A DNA stretch of 64,000 bases from the NCBI GenBank assembly GCA_021735655.1, contig JAIPGM010000002.1, positions 160,001 through 224,000 of the forward strand, written 5' to 3'. Both the position numbers and the translations under genes were made by a program. The stretch's first letter is position 1. Every line of letters begins with the position of its first letter. The notes below the pieces were generated by a model, which worked only from the letters and a program-made list of their open reading frames with translations, was not told where the DNA came from and did no database searches. Shown here in pieces: positions 29,798 to 40,794 of the stretch. The DNA is from Candidatus Omnitrophota bacterium. GTDB lineage: Bacteria > Omnitrophota > Gorgyraeia > Duberdicusellales > 4484-171.

Positions 29798-30747
29798 AAC
29801 GAATAGCCGTATTAACTAGAGATTGTGCCGGAGTAAATGCCGCCCTCAGGTCTTTAGTGCGCAGTGCAGCCGCTAAAAATGTAGAGGTTATTGGTGTTAT
29901 GCGTGGTTATGAGGGTTTAATTGAAGGCGATATTAAGCTTCTTGATCGTCGGTCGGTTTCCGGGATCATTAATCGCGGTGGAACAATTCTTAAGACTGCT
30001 CGTTCTAAACGTTTTAAAACTATCTCTGGACAACGTCAGGCAGCTCGAACCCTAAAAGATCATGATATCGAGGGATTGATTGTTATTGGTGGAAATGGTT
30101 CATTAACCGGAGCCCATATTCTTGCCAGCCGCCATTCTATACCAGTCATTGGTATCCCGGCAACCATTGATAATGATGTTAATGGTGTGACTATGACAAT
30201 TGGTTCTGACACGGCAACCAATGTTGCCTTAGAGGCATTGGATAAGGTACGTGATACAGCGACGTCCCTAGAGCGAATATTTGTGGTTGAGGTTATGGGT
30301 AGAGACTGTGGTTATATTGCTTTGAGAGTTGCTTTAGCTGCTGGTTGCGAAGAGGCAATACTTCCGGAATTGAAATTTAACATAAAAAATATTTGTGAAA
30401 ATATAGTTGAAGGTAATATTCGCGGAAAGCGCAGCTGGATAATTATTGTGGCTGAAGGGAAAGCAAAAGCTTCTAAAATTGCTTCTGAGATCACTAAGAT
30501 AACTAGTCTTGAAACCAGAGAAGTTGTGCTTGGTCATGTCCAGCGGGGAGGTTCTCCTACAGCATTTGACCGAATGCTTGCTGCTCGCTATGGGCATTAT
30601 GCAGTTGAGGTTTTATTAAAAGGAAAAACCGACCGTTGCGTAGCCTTAAAGGATGAACAACTAATAACTATTCCTTTAGCTAAGGCGATTAAGAAAAAAG
30701 ATATAGAAGTGGAAAAATATTACAAATTAATTAAAATTCTTACATAA
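29794..30747 (+). CDS. pfkA: ATP-dependent 6-phosphofructokinase
   Basis: 317 aa with RIAVLTRDCAGVNAA, GGNGSLTGA and PATIDND motifs. Confidence 0.88.
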   Translation: MKRIAVLTRDCAGVNAALRSLVRSAAAKNVEVIGVMRGYEGLIEGDIKLLDRRSVSGIINRGGTILKTARSKRFKTISGQRQAARTLKDHDIEGLIVIGGNGSLTGAHILASRHSIPVIGIPATIDNDVNGVTMTIGSDTATNVALEALDKVRDTATSLERIFVVEVMGRDCGYIALRVALAAGCEEAILPELKFNIKNICENIVEGNIRGKRSWIIIVAEGKAKASKIASEITKITSLETREVVLGHVQRGGSPTAFDRMLAARYGHYAVEVLLKGKTDRCVALKDEQLITIPLAKAIKKKDIEVEKYYKLIKILT

Positions 30748-30820
30748 TTTTAATGAGATTGTAATTTTTATTATTGAGTGAGAAAAATTAGATAGTCGAA
30801 TTATCCTTAAGGAGGTTAAA

Positions 30821-32224
30821 ATGATTTACAAAAGCGAGGCAGAGTTACTTAGTAATAATGGCATTAAAGAGGAAGATGGTCGCATCGAAATCGTAGATGA
30901 AGCAAAGTTTCGCGATAGTGGAATTGATAGTCTTTTAGATACTATTATTTTAAGTAATGATGCGCACCTACGAAGGCTTTCATATTGGGTAGTTTATAGT
31001 GCTGGTCTCAGATTGGGGGTAGTTCCTTCTTCAATTCAGGGGCTCTATAACGCGATGGGACAGAAAAAAGTAAGTGGTTTTACGGTTCCGGCGATGAATA
31101 TTCGGACCCTTACCTTTGATTTGGCTCGGGCAGTTTTCCGTGCAGCTAATAAAATTAACGCGGGAGCTTTTATTTTTGAGATTGCTAAAAGTGAAATTGG
31201 TTACACTGACCAAAGACCATTAGAATACACAGCAGTGATCACCTTAGCGGCACTTAAAGAAAATTATCAGGGGCCAATTTTTATTCAGGGTGACCATTTT
31301 CAACTTAAGGCAGCTAATTACTTAAAAGATCCAAAAAAGGAAATTTCTCAGTTAAAAGAGTTACTTGAGGAAGCAATTGGTGGTCATTTTTACAATATTG
31401 ATATTGATTCATCAACTTTGGTTGATTTAGAAAAAGATAATCTGGATGAGCAACAGAAAAATAATTATGAAGTTTGTTCTGAAATTACCCATCGCATAAG
31501 ACAATTACAACCAGAAGGAGTTGAAGTTTCGATTGGCGGTGAGATTGGAGAAGTTGGCGGAAAAAATTCAACCTCTGAGGAGCTTAATGCTTTTATGCAA
31601 GGATATGTAAAATCTGTTGGCGATAAGCTTGGCATATCTAAAATAAGTATTCAGACCGGAACCAGCCATGGAGGGGTGGTGCTACCTGACGGTTCGATTG
31701 CTAAAGTCAGTATTGATTTCGATACTTTGGCTAAACTTTCTGAGATAGCTAGAGAAAAGTATGGTTTAGCCGGAGCTGTCCAGCACGGAGCTTCAACCTT
31801 ACCTAATGAGGCTTTTCATCGGTTTCCCGAAGTTGGCTGCGCCGAGATTCATTTGGCAACTCAATTTCAAAATATGGTTTATGACTATTTACCACTTCCT
31901 TTAAAGGAAAAGATTTATACTTGGTTACACGATAATTGTTCTGGTGAAAAAAAGCCGGACTGGACCGAAGATCAGTTTATCTATAAAACACGTAAGAAAG
32001 CTTTCGGCCCTTTTAAAACGCAAATCCACTCTTTACCGGGAGAGCTAAAAGACAAGATATCTTCAGTGCTCGAGGAAGAGTTTACTTTTCTTTTTGAGCA
32101 ACTAAAGATAAAAGGTACCAAGGAGCATGTCGATAATTACGTTAAAGTGGTGAGCTTCGATAAAGAAAAAGATTATTTTTTAGCCGAAGAAAAAGATTTA
32201 GGTGAACTAGAAGGGGCTGACTAA
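30821..32224 (+). CDS. Divergent class II fructose-bisphosphate aldolase-like protein
   Basis: 467 aa. Segments align by eye to E. coli FbaA: VPAMN~LPAVN, IQGDHF~LHTDH, SIGGEIGEVGG~IELGCTGGEEDG, TGTSHGG~FGNVHG, AVQHGAS~FVFHGGSG. Adjacent to pfkA. Confidence 0.55.
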   Translation: MIYKSEAELLSNNGIKEEDGRIEIVDEAKFRDSGIDSLLDTIILSNDAHLRRLSYWVVYSAGLRLGVVPSSIQGLYNAMGQKKVSGFTVPAMNIRTLTFDLARAVFRAANKINAGAFIFEIAKSEIGYTDQRPLEYTAVITLAALKENYQGPIFIQGDHFQLKAANYLKDPKKEISQLKELLEEAIGGHFYNIDIDSSTLVDLEKDNLDEQQKNNYEVCSEITHRIRQLQPEGVEVSIGGEIGEVGGKNSTSEELNAFMQGYVKSVGDKLGISKISIQTGTSHGGVVLPDGSIAKVSIDFDTLAKLSEIAREKYGLAGAVQHGASTLPNEAFHRFPEVGCAEIHLATQFQNMVYDYLPLPLKEKIYTWLHDNCSGEKKPDWTEDQFIYKTRKKAFGPFKTQIHSLPGELKDKISSVLEEEFTFLFEQLKIKGTKEHVDNYVKVVSFDKEKDYFLAEEKDLGELEGAD

Positions 32225-32242
32225 TTAAAATGGAGGCAACTA

Positions 32243-33901
32243 ATGCGTTCAGATAAAATAAAAAAAGGTATTGAAAGAATGCCTAACCGGGCATTGCTTT
32301 ACGGAACTGGTGTTCATTCGAGCCATCTGAGTCGGCCTTTTATTGCAATTGCATCAAGCTTTAGCGATTTAATACCTGGTCATATTAACATGCGTACTTT
32401 AGAGCGTTACATTGAACGGGGTATCGAGAATGCTGGTGGAGCCCCTTTCATTTTCGGCGTTCCAGGAATCTGTGACGGTATTGCTATGGGTCATGAAGGA
32501 ATGAAACAATCGCTACCTTCTCGAGAATTAATTTCTGACATTATTGAAAGTATGGCTTCCGCCTATGCCTTAGATGGACTAGTTCTTCTTACCAACTGTG
32601 ATAAAATTACTCCGGGTATGATTATGGGTTCCTTAAGGATGAACATACCTACGATTGTAGTTACAGCTGGGCCAATGCTTTCGGGAAATTTTAAAAATCA
32701 ACGACTTTCTTTAGTTCGTGATACCTTCGAGGCGGTTGGGCGCTATAAGGCCGGTAAGATTGGCGATAGCGAACAAAAAAAATTAGAAATTGAAGCTTGT
32801 CCGTCTTGTGGTTCTTGCCAAGGGCTTTATACGGCAAATACTATGGCTTGCCTTACTGAGACCATTGGACTCTCACTTACCGGCTGCGCAACTGCCCCCG
32901 CAGTTTTAAATAAAAAGATACGCATTGCCTACGAAAGTGGACAAAAAATTGTAGAGTTAGTTAAACAGGATATAAAGCCTCGTGATATTGTAAATAAAAA
33001 GTCTCTTGAAAATGCAATTAGGGTTGATGTGGCTTTGGGAGGGTCAACCAACACAGTTTTACATCTTATGGCCATTGCTAATGAGGCTAAGGTGAAGCTA
33101 ACCTTGAATGATTTTGATCGGATAAGCCTTGATACACCTCACATTACCAATTTACGGCCTGCTGGCGACCATTTTATGGAGGATTTGGATAGAGCTGGAG
33201 GCATACCAGCAGTTTTAAAACGTCTAACGAATAAACTGAATCAAAATCCAACAGTTTCTTTAAAACCAGTTAAAGAAATTGCTAAGAACGCAGTTGTTTA
33301 TGACCATGATGTGATTCGATCACTAGATAAGTCCTATCATAAGGAAGGTGGTATTGCTATTCTTTTTGGTAACTTAGCGCCTGAAGGAGCAGTAGTTAAA
33401 CAGTCAGCCGTAGATCCAGAGATGCTAAAATTTTCCGGCAAGGCTCATATTTTTGACTCTGAAGAAGAAGCAATGGCAGCTATCTTAAACAAAAAAATTA
33501 AAAAAGGACAAGTTGTAGTTATCCGCTATGAAGGTCCTAGCGGTGGTCCTGGCATGCGTGAAATGCTTTCACCTACCTCAGCTATAGTCGGATTAAATCT
33601 CCATAAGCATGTGGCTTTGATTACTGATGGGCGTTTTTCCGGAGGAACCCGAGGTCCTTGCATTGGTCATATTTCTCCCGAGGCAGCTCAAGGTGGTTTA
33701 TTGGCCTATTTAAAAGATGGTGATTTAATCACGATCGATATAGCTAAGCGAAAAATAGAAGTTAAGCTTTCAGAGAGTGAAATAAAAATTAGAAAAAAAG
33801 TAATGAAAATTAAGGCTCCCAAGGCTAGCAAAGGGTATTTAAGTCGCTATGCTAGGCTGGTAAGCTCGGCTTCTGACGGAGCGGTGCTTAAGGAGTCTTA
33901 A
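32243..33901 (+). CDS. ilvD: IlvD/Edd-family dehydratase (dihydroxy-acid dehydratase-like)
   Basis: 552 aa with the [11 protein letters not shown] Fe-S/Mg motif and C-terminal SGG pattern. Dihydroxy-acid versus sugar-acid substrate cannot be decided. Confidence 0.7.
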   Translation: MRSDKIKKGIERMPNRALLYGTGVHSSHLSRPFIAIASSFSDLIPGHINMRTLERYIERGIENAGGAPFIFGVPGICDGIAMGHEGMKQSLPSRELISDIIESMASAYALDGLVLLTNCDKITPGMIMGSLRMNIPTIVVTAGPMLSGNFKNQRLSLVRDTFEAVGRYKAGKIGDSEQKKLEIEACPSCGSCQGLYTANTMACLTETIGLSLTGCATAPAVLNKKIRIAYESGQKIVELVKQDIKPRDIVNKKSLENAIRVDVALGGSTNTVLHLMAIANEAKVKLTLNDFDRISLDTPHITNLRPAGDHFMEDLDRAGGIPAVLKRLTNKLNQNPTVSLKPVKEIAKNAVVYDHDVIRSLDKSYHKEGGIAILFGNLAPEGAVVKQSAVDPEMLKFSGKAHIFDSEEEAMAAILNKKIKKGQVVVIRYEGPSGGPGMREMLSPTSAIVGLNLHKHVALITDGRFSGGTRGPCIGHISPEAAQGGLLAYLKDGDLITIDIAKRKIEVKLSESEIKIRKKVMKIKAPKASKGYLSRYARLVSSASDGAVLKES

Positions 33902-33983
33902 AAGGTTGATGTCTGGGCCTCAGTTGACATAAATGCGAAACCTATTGACAGGGGTATGACTCTTTGTTATTATTAAAATTACT

Positions 33984-35054
33984 ATGAATAAAGCAATGAA
34001 ACTGATTAATTCAATAGTGAAAAAGGCTCAGGATCTATTAGGTACTTTTTCTAGCGATATTGGTATAGATTTAGGTACAGCTACGACCCTAGTTTATGTA
34101 CGTGGTGAAGGAATTGTTTTGTGTGAGCCTTCAGTTGTTGCTATTTATAAGGATACGGGAGTGCCCTTAGCTGTTGGCGATGAAGCTAAGCGTATGCTTG
34201 GGAAAACTCCTGGAAGTATTGTTGCTATCCGACCGATGAAGGATGGCGTTATTGCTGACTTCGGTGTGACCGAAGAGATGCTGCGTTATTTTATTAAAAA
34301 AGCTTATCCGCGTAAATTTATTATTGGACCAAGAATCGTTGTTGCTGTTCCTTCGGGGATTACTGAAGTAGAGCAGCGAGCAGTTAAGGATTCTGCTCAT
34401 CGAGCCGGAGCGCGAGAGGTAATACCGGTTGAAGAGCCAATTGCTGCTGCCATTGGTGTGGGCTTACCGATCGCTGAACCTCAAGGCAACATGATAATTG
34501 ATATCGGAGGCGGAACTACCGAGATTGCTGTTATTTCGCTGGGCGGAATAGTTTTCGCTCGTTCAATTCGCATTGGCGGCGATGAGATGGATGCAGCGAT
34601 AATTGAACATATGAAGAAAAATTATAATTTAATGATTGGTGAGCGAACAGCTGAAGAGATAAAGATTAAGGTTGGTTCAGCATGGCCAATCGAAGAGGAA
34701 ATGACGATTGAGGTCAGAGGACGTGATCTTATTACCGGTCTTCCTAAATTTATCAAGGCCCATTCGGATGAAATTCGTAAAGCCTTGGAGTCTCCGCTAA
34801 GAGAGATTTTAGAAGCAACGAAAGTTACCTTAGAGCGTACACCTCCGGAATTAGCAGCTGATCTTATTGAAAGAGGAATTGTTCTTTGCGGCGGCGGAGC
34901 ATTGTTAAGGGGGATGGATAAGTTAATTTCTGAAGAAACCGGCTTGGCTTGTTTTGTGGCCGACGATCCTTTAACCGCAGTAGCCTTAGGTACTGGAAAA
35001 ATCCTAGAAGAACCAAAATTTCTAAAGAAGCTTTCCCTTGTATCTTCCTTCTAA
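33984..35054 (+). CDS. mreB: Rod shape-determining actin homologue MreB
   Basis: 356 aa. [17 protein letters not shown] and actin-fold motifs. Confidence 0.92.
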   Translation: MNKAMKLINSIVKKAQDLLGTFSSDIGIDLGTATTLVYVRGEGIVLCEPSVVAIYKDTGVPLAVGDEAKRMLGKTPGSIVAIRPMKDGVIADFGVTEEMLRYFIKKAYPRKFIIGPRIVVAVPSGITEVEQRAVKDSAHRAGAREVIPVEEPIAAAIGVGLPIAEPQGNMIIDIGGGTTEIAVISLGGIVFARSIRIGGDEMDAAIIEHMKKNYNLMIGERTAEEIKIKVGSAWPIEEEMTIEVRGRDLITGLPKFIKAHSDEIRKALESPLREILEATKVTLERTPPELAADLIERGIVLCGGGALLRGMDKLISEETGLACFVADDPLTAVALGTGKILEEPKFLKKLSLVSSF

Positions 35055-35763
35055 ATTAAAAGTTAAGTCTTTTGTTCTAATTTTCATATCTCTTTTTCTG
35101 CTTTTTTTTACCTTTCGTGGTTTCGTCCGTTACTTAATTTTTTTTAGTGCTAACCAATTTTTGCATTATCCAACAAGGAATAAGCAGCATTTAGTTGAAC
35201 TTAAACAAAAAAATTTAGAATTAATTTTAAAACTAGCTAGATATGAGTCTCTTTACCAAGAGAACCAAAATTTAAAGAAAGCGCTAAATTTTAAAACTAA
35301 TACTCAATATCACTTGATTGGTGCAGAAGTTTTAGCATTTTCTCCTTCAGCTTGGCAGCGATTGATAGTTGTTAATGTTGGTGAGGATCAAGGCGTCACA
35401 AAGGGTCTTTTCGCTATTGATCAGGACGGCAATCTTTTAGGGAGGATTGTTGAGGCCGATAAAAAATTTGCCTACCTAATGTTGGTTGGTGATCCTGACT
35501 TTACCGCATCGGTATTTATTGGTCAAGGTGCCCTAGGACTTTTAAAGGGAGGAGTAACCGGAGCTCAGGTTCTCTATGTTGAAGACAGCGATAATATAAA
35601 ATTAGGGGATAAGGTTTGGCTCAAAGTTGCTCAGTTATCTTCAGCAATAGAAATTGGTAAAGTAAAAAGCCTAAGCAAAACTGATGATAGTTTATTTTGG
35701 AATGTTGGAGTAGAAATGTTTCAAGAAGATGTAACTTTCAATCAAATATATATCGTCAAATGA
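35038..35763 (+). CDS. mreC: Rod shape-determining protein MreC
   Basis: 241 aa. N-terminal TM, coiled coil ([20 protein letters not shown]) and C-terminal beta domain. Follows mreB. Confidence 0.75.
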   Translation: MYLPSKLKVKSFVLIFISLFLLFFTFRGFVRYLIFFSANQFLHYPTRNKQHLVELKQKNLELILKLARYESLYQENQNLKKALNFKTNTQYHLIGAEVLAFSPSAWQRLIVVNVGEDQGVTKGLFAIDQDGNLLGRIVEADKKFAYLMLVGDPDFTASVFIGQGALGLLKGGVTGAQVLYVEDSDNIKLGDKVWLKVAQLSSAIEIGKVKSLSKTDDSLFWNVGVEMFQEDVTFNQIYIVK

Positions 35764-36230
35764 TTAAACCCTCCCTAAGAGCTTTCATTATTATTTCAGT
35801 TTTTTTCCTTTTGGACTTAATAAAGCCTTTTGGTTATTTTTTATCGGTTGAATTCATTTTTTTGGGGCTTATTATCATTGCGCTTAATGAATCGCTAGCA
35901 ATAGCCTTGGTTGCTAGTTTTTTGTCAGCGTGCTTTCGCAATTTTTTTATTCTCAATGGATCTGCGGTTACTTTATTTGAATTTTTGTTTATCTGTTTAC
36001 TTATTCAATATATACGCTCGCGCCGTATTTTTTTAGCTAAGCCACAACAACTATTTATTGTTAAAGGGGTCATTGTGTTTTTGAGCCTTTGTGTACATAT
36101 TTTAGTTAATTCAGTGCAATTGGGATTGTTTATTTCGTTTTTTTCATTCCAGTTCCTCATTCAATCAATTTGCGTTTATTATTTTATTGATTATTTACTT
36201 AACCAAAAAGCGCTCCCAGCTTATCATTAG
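35760..36230 (+). CDS. mreD: Rod shape-determining protein MreD (polytopic membrane protein)
   Basis: Start trimmed to MIKPSL overlapping the mreC stop. About 156 aa, 4-5 predicted TM helices, position between mreC and mrdA. Confidence 0.55.
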   Translation: MIKPSLRAFIIISVFFLLDLIKPFGYFLSVEFIFLGLIIIALNESLAIALVASFLSACFRNFFILNGSAVTLFEFLFICLLIQYIRSRRIFLAKPQQLFIVKGVIVFLSLCVHILVNSVQLGLFISFFSFQFLIQSICVYYFIDYLLNQKALPAYH

Positions 36231-36295
36231 GGTATGTTTAAATGAGCTAACTCCATAACTTTTTATTTTTTAAAAAGTTAGGTTACTTTTTAACT

Positions 36296-38023
36296 ATGTT
36301 AAGAAAATTTTTTCAGAAAATCAACAATCTTTTTTCCCTTTCAACCTTAGAAAAAGTATATTTTATAGGTTTTTGCGTATTGCTCGGAACCTTAAGTTGG
36401 TACCAGCTCTTTCGTGGCGAGTATTATTTTCAACGCGCAAAAAATAATTATCTTAAAGTGCTTCCTTTGTCGTCTATGCGCGGGGAAATTTTGGATCGAA
36501 ATGGAATTTCTATTGCATATGATCGGGCTGAATTTAACCTAGGTGTGATTCCTTATCAGGTTAAAACGATTAAGGACTCATTATTTCAAGAATTAAGTGA
36601 CTATTCAAGCTTAAGTGTCGGATCTTTAAATAAAAATTATCGTAGAAACTTAAGTAGTTTTTTTAGTCCAGTAGATATAATTACTAATGTTGATAAGACT
36701 AAAGCCTTGGAATTGAATGAAAAATTTAGCGATTCTTTAGTTATTACTACTCGGCCACAGCGTTATTATTCTAACCCTTACGCTTTTGCTCATATTTTAG
36801 GTTATGTTAAACAGGCCAAATCATTTTACGAACAGTTAAAAAGTTATGGCTATAGTCCGATGGAACGTGTTGGTTTCGGTGGCATTGAGCAGTTCTATGA
36901 TACTTACCTTAAGGGTTCCGACGGTGGAGAGCTTGTTGAGGTTGATTCTCATGGAAGAATTATGGGTTATTTGGGTCAACAACGCCCACAAAAAGGTAAA
37001 GATATCTATCTAACTGTCGACAGTCTTGTCCAGCAAGCTGCTTATGAATCGTTGGGCGATAGACCTGGTGCTGTTATTTTAATGAATGCCGACAATGGTG
37101 AATTGATTTCTCTTTGTTCGAGGCCGGCTTTTAATCCTAATAGTTTTATAGAGGGCAAAAATACCAGCAGCTTTTTGAATAATTCGAAAAGCCCCTTGCT
37201 TAATCGAGCTCTTCAGGCTAAGTATCCAATGGGCTCGACCTTTAAGCCAATTGTTGCAGTTGCTGCCTTAGAAGAGGATAAATCTAAATCCTCAACAACT
37301 TTTGATTGCAATGGAGAATTACGCCTAGGGATTGCAAAATTTAGATGTTCACATGTGCATGGACGACAGAATCTTTTTGAAGCGATAGCCCACTCTTGCA
37401 ATGTTTATTTTTACAATTTAGGGCTTAAAATTGGACCAGATGCACTTTCAAGATGGGCTCGAAAGTTTGGCCTTGATTCCCTAACCGATGTAGATTTACC
37501 TTTTGAGGCTAGGGGTTTTGTGCCTGATGTGCGTTGGAAACAAAAAAAACTTAAAAGTAATTGGTTTGCCGGTGATACGGTTAATTTTTCGATTGGTCAG
37601 GGTTTCATGACCGCGACACCTTTGGCGACTATGCGAGCGATGAATGTTTTTGCCAGTAAAGGGTATTTAGTTAAACCTCAACTAATTAAAAAAATCGACT
37701 CAGTTGAGTCTGGAGCAATAGATAAGACTTATCTTGGTATTTCCGAAAGAACTCTTGAAAAAGTAAGTCAAGGTTTGCGTGAAACAATACTGAGAGAAGA
37801 CGGAACAGCTAGGATTCTTAATCGTTTAAACCTCAAGTTCAGCGGTAAAACCGGAACTGCTCAAAATTCCGGTAGACCCCACGGTTGGTTTATTGGTTTT
37901 TTTTCCTATCAAGAGAAAACTTATACTATTTGCGTATTACTTGAACATGGCGGATCTAGTTATGAAGCGGTAAAGATAGCCTATTACTTTGTTAAAAAAA
38001 TAACCGAAAACAAGATTTTATGA
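36296..38023 (+). CDS. mrdA: Peptidoglycan D,D-transpeptidase PBP2
   Basis: 575 aa. N-terminal TM, dimerisation domain, transpeptidase motifs STFK (MGSTFKP), SxN (SCN), KTGT (SGKTGTA). Confidence 0.88.
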   Translation: MLRKFFQKINNLFSLSTLEKVYFIGFCVLLGTLSWYQLFRGEYYFQRAKNNYLKVLPLSSMRGEILDRNGISIAYDRAEFNLGVIPYQVKTIKDSLFQELSDYSSLSVGSLNKNYRRNLSSFFSPVDIITNVDKTKALELNEKFSDSLVITTRPQRYYSNPYAFAHILGYVKQAKSFYEQLKSYGYSPMERVGFGGIEQFYDTYLKGSDGGELVEVDSHGRIMGYLGQQRPQKGKDIYLTVDSLVQQAAYESLGDRPGAVILMNADNGELISLCSRPAFNPNSFIEGKNTSSFLNNSKSPLLNRALQAKYPMGSTFKPIVAVAALEEDKSKSSTTFDCNGELRLGIAKFRCSHVHGRQNLFEAIAHSCNVYFYNLGLKIGPDALSRWARKFGLDSLTDVDLPFEARGFVPDVRWKQKKLKSNWFAGDTVNFSIGQGFMTATPLATMRAMNVFASKGYLVKPQLIKKIDSVESGAIDKTYLGISERTLEKVSQGLRETILREDGTARILNRLNLKFSGKTGTAQNSGRPHGWFIGFFSYQEKTYTICVLLEHGGSSYEAVKIAYYFVKKITENKIL

Positions 38024-39117
38024 GATCTCATTCATTAAGAGCAACAGTAGTTAATCTTAAAGGGCTAAAAACAGTTGCTATTTGCTTACTAATTTTTAAT
38101 GCTTTAAGTTTAATTTCAATATATAGTAGCTTGCATCAGGCGGGAGAGTTTGTAGGTCAGCAAATCCTTTATCGACAGTTACTTTGGATAGCAGTATCTT
38201 GGCTTGCCTTGCTAATTTTTGCTAATATTAATTACCGTATTTATTTCGATTTAGCTCATTTAATTTATGGGTTTAACTTGTTATTACTTTTTTGGGTGTT
38301 ATTTTTTGGCAAAAAAGTAATGGGAGCCCAACGTTGGATTGAAATTTTTGGGTTTACCTTTCAGCCTTCCGAGTTATCAAAAATAGCGACTATTATTATT
38401 TTAGCGAAGTTTTTTTCTTCACGTCAGGAATCGATTCATGCTTTTTTGCTGCCGTTGGGTTTTACTGCTTTTAATGCCCTGGTTATACTTATTCAACCAG
38501 ATTTAGGCACAGCTTTAATTATTGTTTTTCTTTTTCTCGCTTTAGGATTATTTTCACGAATTCCTAAGCGGTACTTTTTTGGTTTAATTGCTATTGGTCT
38601 TTTAATATCGCCATTTTTAATTGGTTCATTAAAGGATTATCAAAAGCGGCGTTTGCTTGTATTTATGAATTCGGATCTTGACCCTTTAGGTGCTGGCTAC
38701 ACAATTATTCAGTCAAAGATTGCAGTTGGCTCTGGTAAGTTTACTGGTCGGGGATTTCTTTCCGGAACTCAAAATCAATTTAATTTTCTTCCTGAACGCC
38801 ATACCGATTTTATATTTACGGTTATTGCTGAAGAGTGGGGTTTTTTTGGCTCACTTTTTTTAATTATTCTTTATTGGTTAATTTTAAGTAAAGTTCTTCA
38901 ACGGGCCAAAGAAACTCAAGATCAATTTGCTTGTTTTTTGTGCTTGGGGATAAGTTTACTTTTTTTCCTGCATATATTTATTAATATCGGTATGACTTTA
39001 GGTATTTTACCGGTAGTAGGGCTGCCGCTTATTTTTTTAAGCTATGGAGGAAGCAGCTTGTTGGTTTCCTTTATCCTTTTAGGTATTTTTTTCAACATTT
39101 CCCGAAGTCGTAAATAA
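38020..39117 (+). CDS. rodA: Peptidoglycan glycosyltransferase RodA (SEDS family)
   Basis: 365 aa, about 10 TM helices, FtsW/RodA/SpoVE pattern. Overlaps the mrdA stop. Confidence 0.88.
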   Translation: MRSHSLRATVVNLKGLKTVAICLLIFNALSLISIYSSLHQAGEFVGQQILYRQLLWIAVSWLALLIFANINYRIYFDLAHLIYGFNLLLLFWVLFFGKKVMGAQRWIEIFGFTFQPSELSKIATIIILAKFFSSRQESIHAFLLPLGFTAFNALVILIQPDLGTALIIVFLFLALGLFSRIPKRYFFGLIAIGLLISPFLIGSLKDYQKRRLLVFMNSDLDPLGAGYTIIQSKIAVGSGKFTGRGFLSGTQNQFNFLPERHTDFIFTVIAEEWGFFGSLFLIILYWLILSKVLQRAKETQDQFACFLCLGISLLFFLHIFINIGMTLGILPVVGLPLIFLSYGGSSLLVSFILLGIFFNISRSRK

Positions 39118-39159
39118 TTCCCAAAAATAGTTATTCTAATTGTGTCAAAGTAACTTAAT

Positions 39160-40791
39160 ATGAATTTTGCAAATTTTCGGAAACCTCAGCGTTACATCGG
39201 CAATGAATGGAATGTCATAAAAAAATCACCTTCAGGAAAAATTTCTTTTTGCCTCTGTTATCCTGATTTGTATGAGCTTGGGATGAGCAATTTAGGCATG
39301 CACATCGTCTATGGCTTGCTTAACCAACACCCTGATTTATTTTGTGAACGTACTTTTATGCCGGCTGAAGATTTATCAACTTATCTTCGCGAAAAAAATA
39401 AACCTTTATTTTCACTTGAAACAAAAAAACCCCTAAATGAATTTGAAATTATTGGTTTTCATCTTGGTTGTGAGCTTAATTTCACCAATGTTTTGCATAT
39501 TTTAACTCTCGGATTAATACCAGCTAAAGCCAAAGATCGTAAACAACAAATCGTTGTTGGCGGCGGGGTTGCTAACCCTGAACCATTATCTGAATTCATC
39601 GATGTTTTTTATTTGGGTGAATTTGAGGAGGTTGCTGATGATTTCGTTAAGGTAATAAGAAAATACAAAGATAAAGAATCGCGTTTAAGGGCTTTGGCTG
39701 AAATTGAAGGGTTTTATGTGCCTAAATTCTACGAAGTTAACTTTGTCGATGGTGGATATGATTTTCGACGAAAATACGAATATGCTCGGCTTCCTTTGAA
39801 ACGAGTTTACGTAAAGGATTTAGATCGTGCCTTTGTTCCTCAAAGTTGGCTGACTCCTCACACCGAAATCATTCATGATCGTATCCCGATAGAAATTGCC
39901 AGAGGTTGCCCTAATCGTTGCAGTTTTTGCCAAGCTCAAGCACTTTATGCTCCCTATCGTGAGCGAAAAATAGCAACTATCCAAAATATATTAAAAGTAG
40001 CCTATGAGAAAAGTGGCTATGAGAATTTTTCATTCCTTGGGCTTTCGGCTTCTGACTATTCCCAAATTGAGGAGCTTATTGATTTATGCTCTGATTATTG
40101 TCAGAATCGTCGAATTGGTTTGTCTTTGCCGTCTTTACGGGCTAGTGACATTGTCGGACGCCTTTATAGAAAACTATCGAAACTTAAAAAAGCTTCATTA
40201 ACTATTGCTATTGAAGCGGCACGAGCCCCCTTGAGGGAAAGTCTTAATAAAAGAATCGGTACCAAAATTTTGTTTGAGGCAGCAAAAATACTTAAAAGTG
40301 TAGGCGCTAAGTCGATAAAGATTTACTTTATGTATGGTTTTCCTCAAGAAAACGAAGAAGACCTGTTGGCTATTGGTGAATTTTTAAAATCTTTATCAAG
40401 AAGTAGTCATATTAAATTAAATGTAAGCATCAATGCTTTTATACCTAAGCCTTTTTCTTTAGCTGAGGGATTTTTGATGCAAAGTGAAACGGTCTTAAAC
40501 AAAAAACGAGAAGTAATTATTAAAAATCTTCCCCAGCGATCGCGAGTGAGTGTTACTTTTTCTTCCATCCAGCGTAGCATTTTCGAAGCTATTGTTTCAG
40601 GCAGTGATCGGGAATTTGGTAAAGTTATTTATCGCGCTTACTCTAAGGGGGTTTGCTTTGATGGCAATAGAGAGAATTTTTCCTGGCCGACATGGCAAGA
40701 GTCGATGGTTCAAGAAAAAGTTGACCCTAAGGATTACCTTAACCGACAAGCTAAAAATTTTCCTTGGTCGTTCATTAATTCCAAACCATAA
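39160..40791 (+). CDS. Radical SAM protein, TIGR03960-like (B12-binding-like N-domain plus radical SAM core)
   Basis: 543 aa. Radical-SAM cluster motif CPNRCSFC (CxxxCxxC) near residue 250, N-terminal Rossmann-like segment. The family is typically paired with DUF2344. Confidence 0.7.
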   Translation: MNFANFRKPQRYIGNEWNVIKKSPSGKISFCLCYPDLYELGMSNLGMHIVYGLLNQHPDLFCERTFMPAEDLSTYLREKNKPLFSLETKKPLNEFEIIGFHLGCELNFTNVLHILTLGLIPAKAKDRKQQIVVGGGVANPEPLSEFIDVFYLGEFEEVADDFVKVIRKYKDKESRLRALAEIEGFYVPKFYEVNFVDGGYDFRRKYEYARLPLKRVYVKDLDRAFVPQSWLTPHTEIIHDRIPIEIARGCPNRCSFCQAQALYAPYRERKIATIQNILKVAYEKSGYENFSFLGLSASDYSQIEELIDLCSDYCQNRRIGLSLPSLRASDIVGRLYRKLSKLKKASLTIAIEAARAPLRESLNKRIGTKILFEAAKILKSVGAKSIKIYFMYGFPQENEEDLLAIGEFLKSLSRSSHIKLNVSINAFIPKPFSLAEGFLMQSETVLNKKREVIIKNLPQRSRVSVTFSSIQRSIFEAIVSGSDREFGKVIYRAYSKGVCFDGNRENFSWPTWQESMVQEKVDPKDYLNRQAKNFPWSFINSKP

Positions 40792-40794
40792 GTT

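Noticed and set aside
35697-35759. Long N-terminal extension of mreD ([14 protein letters not shown]..)
   Set aside because: It overlaps the conserved C-terminus of mreC. The membrane-protein body starts at MIKPSL (35760), giving the usual mreC/mreD stop-start overlap.
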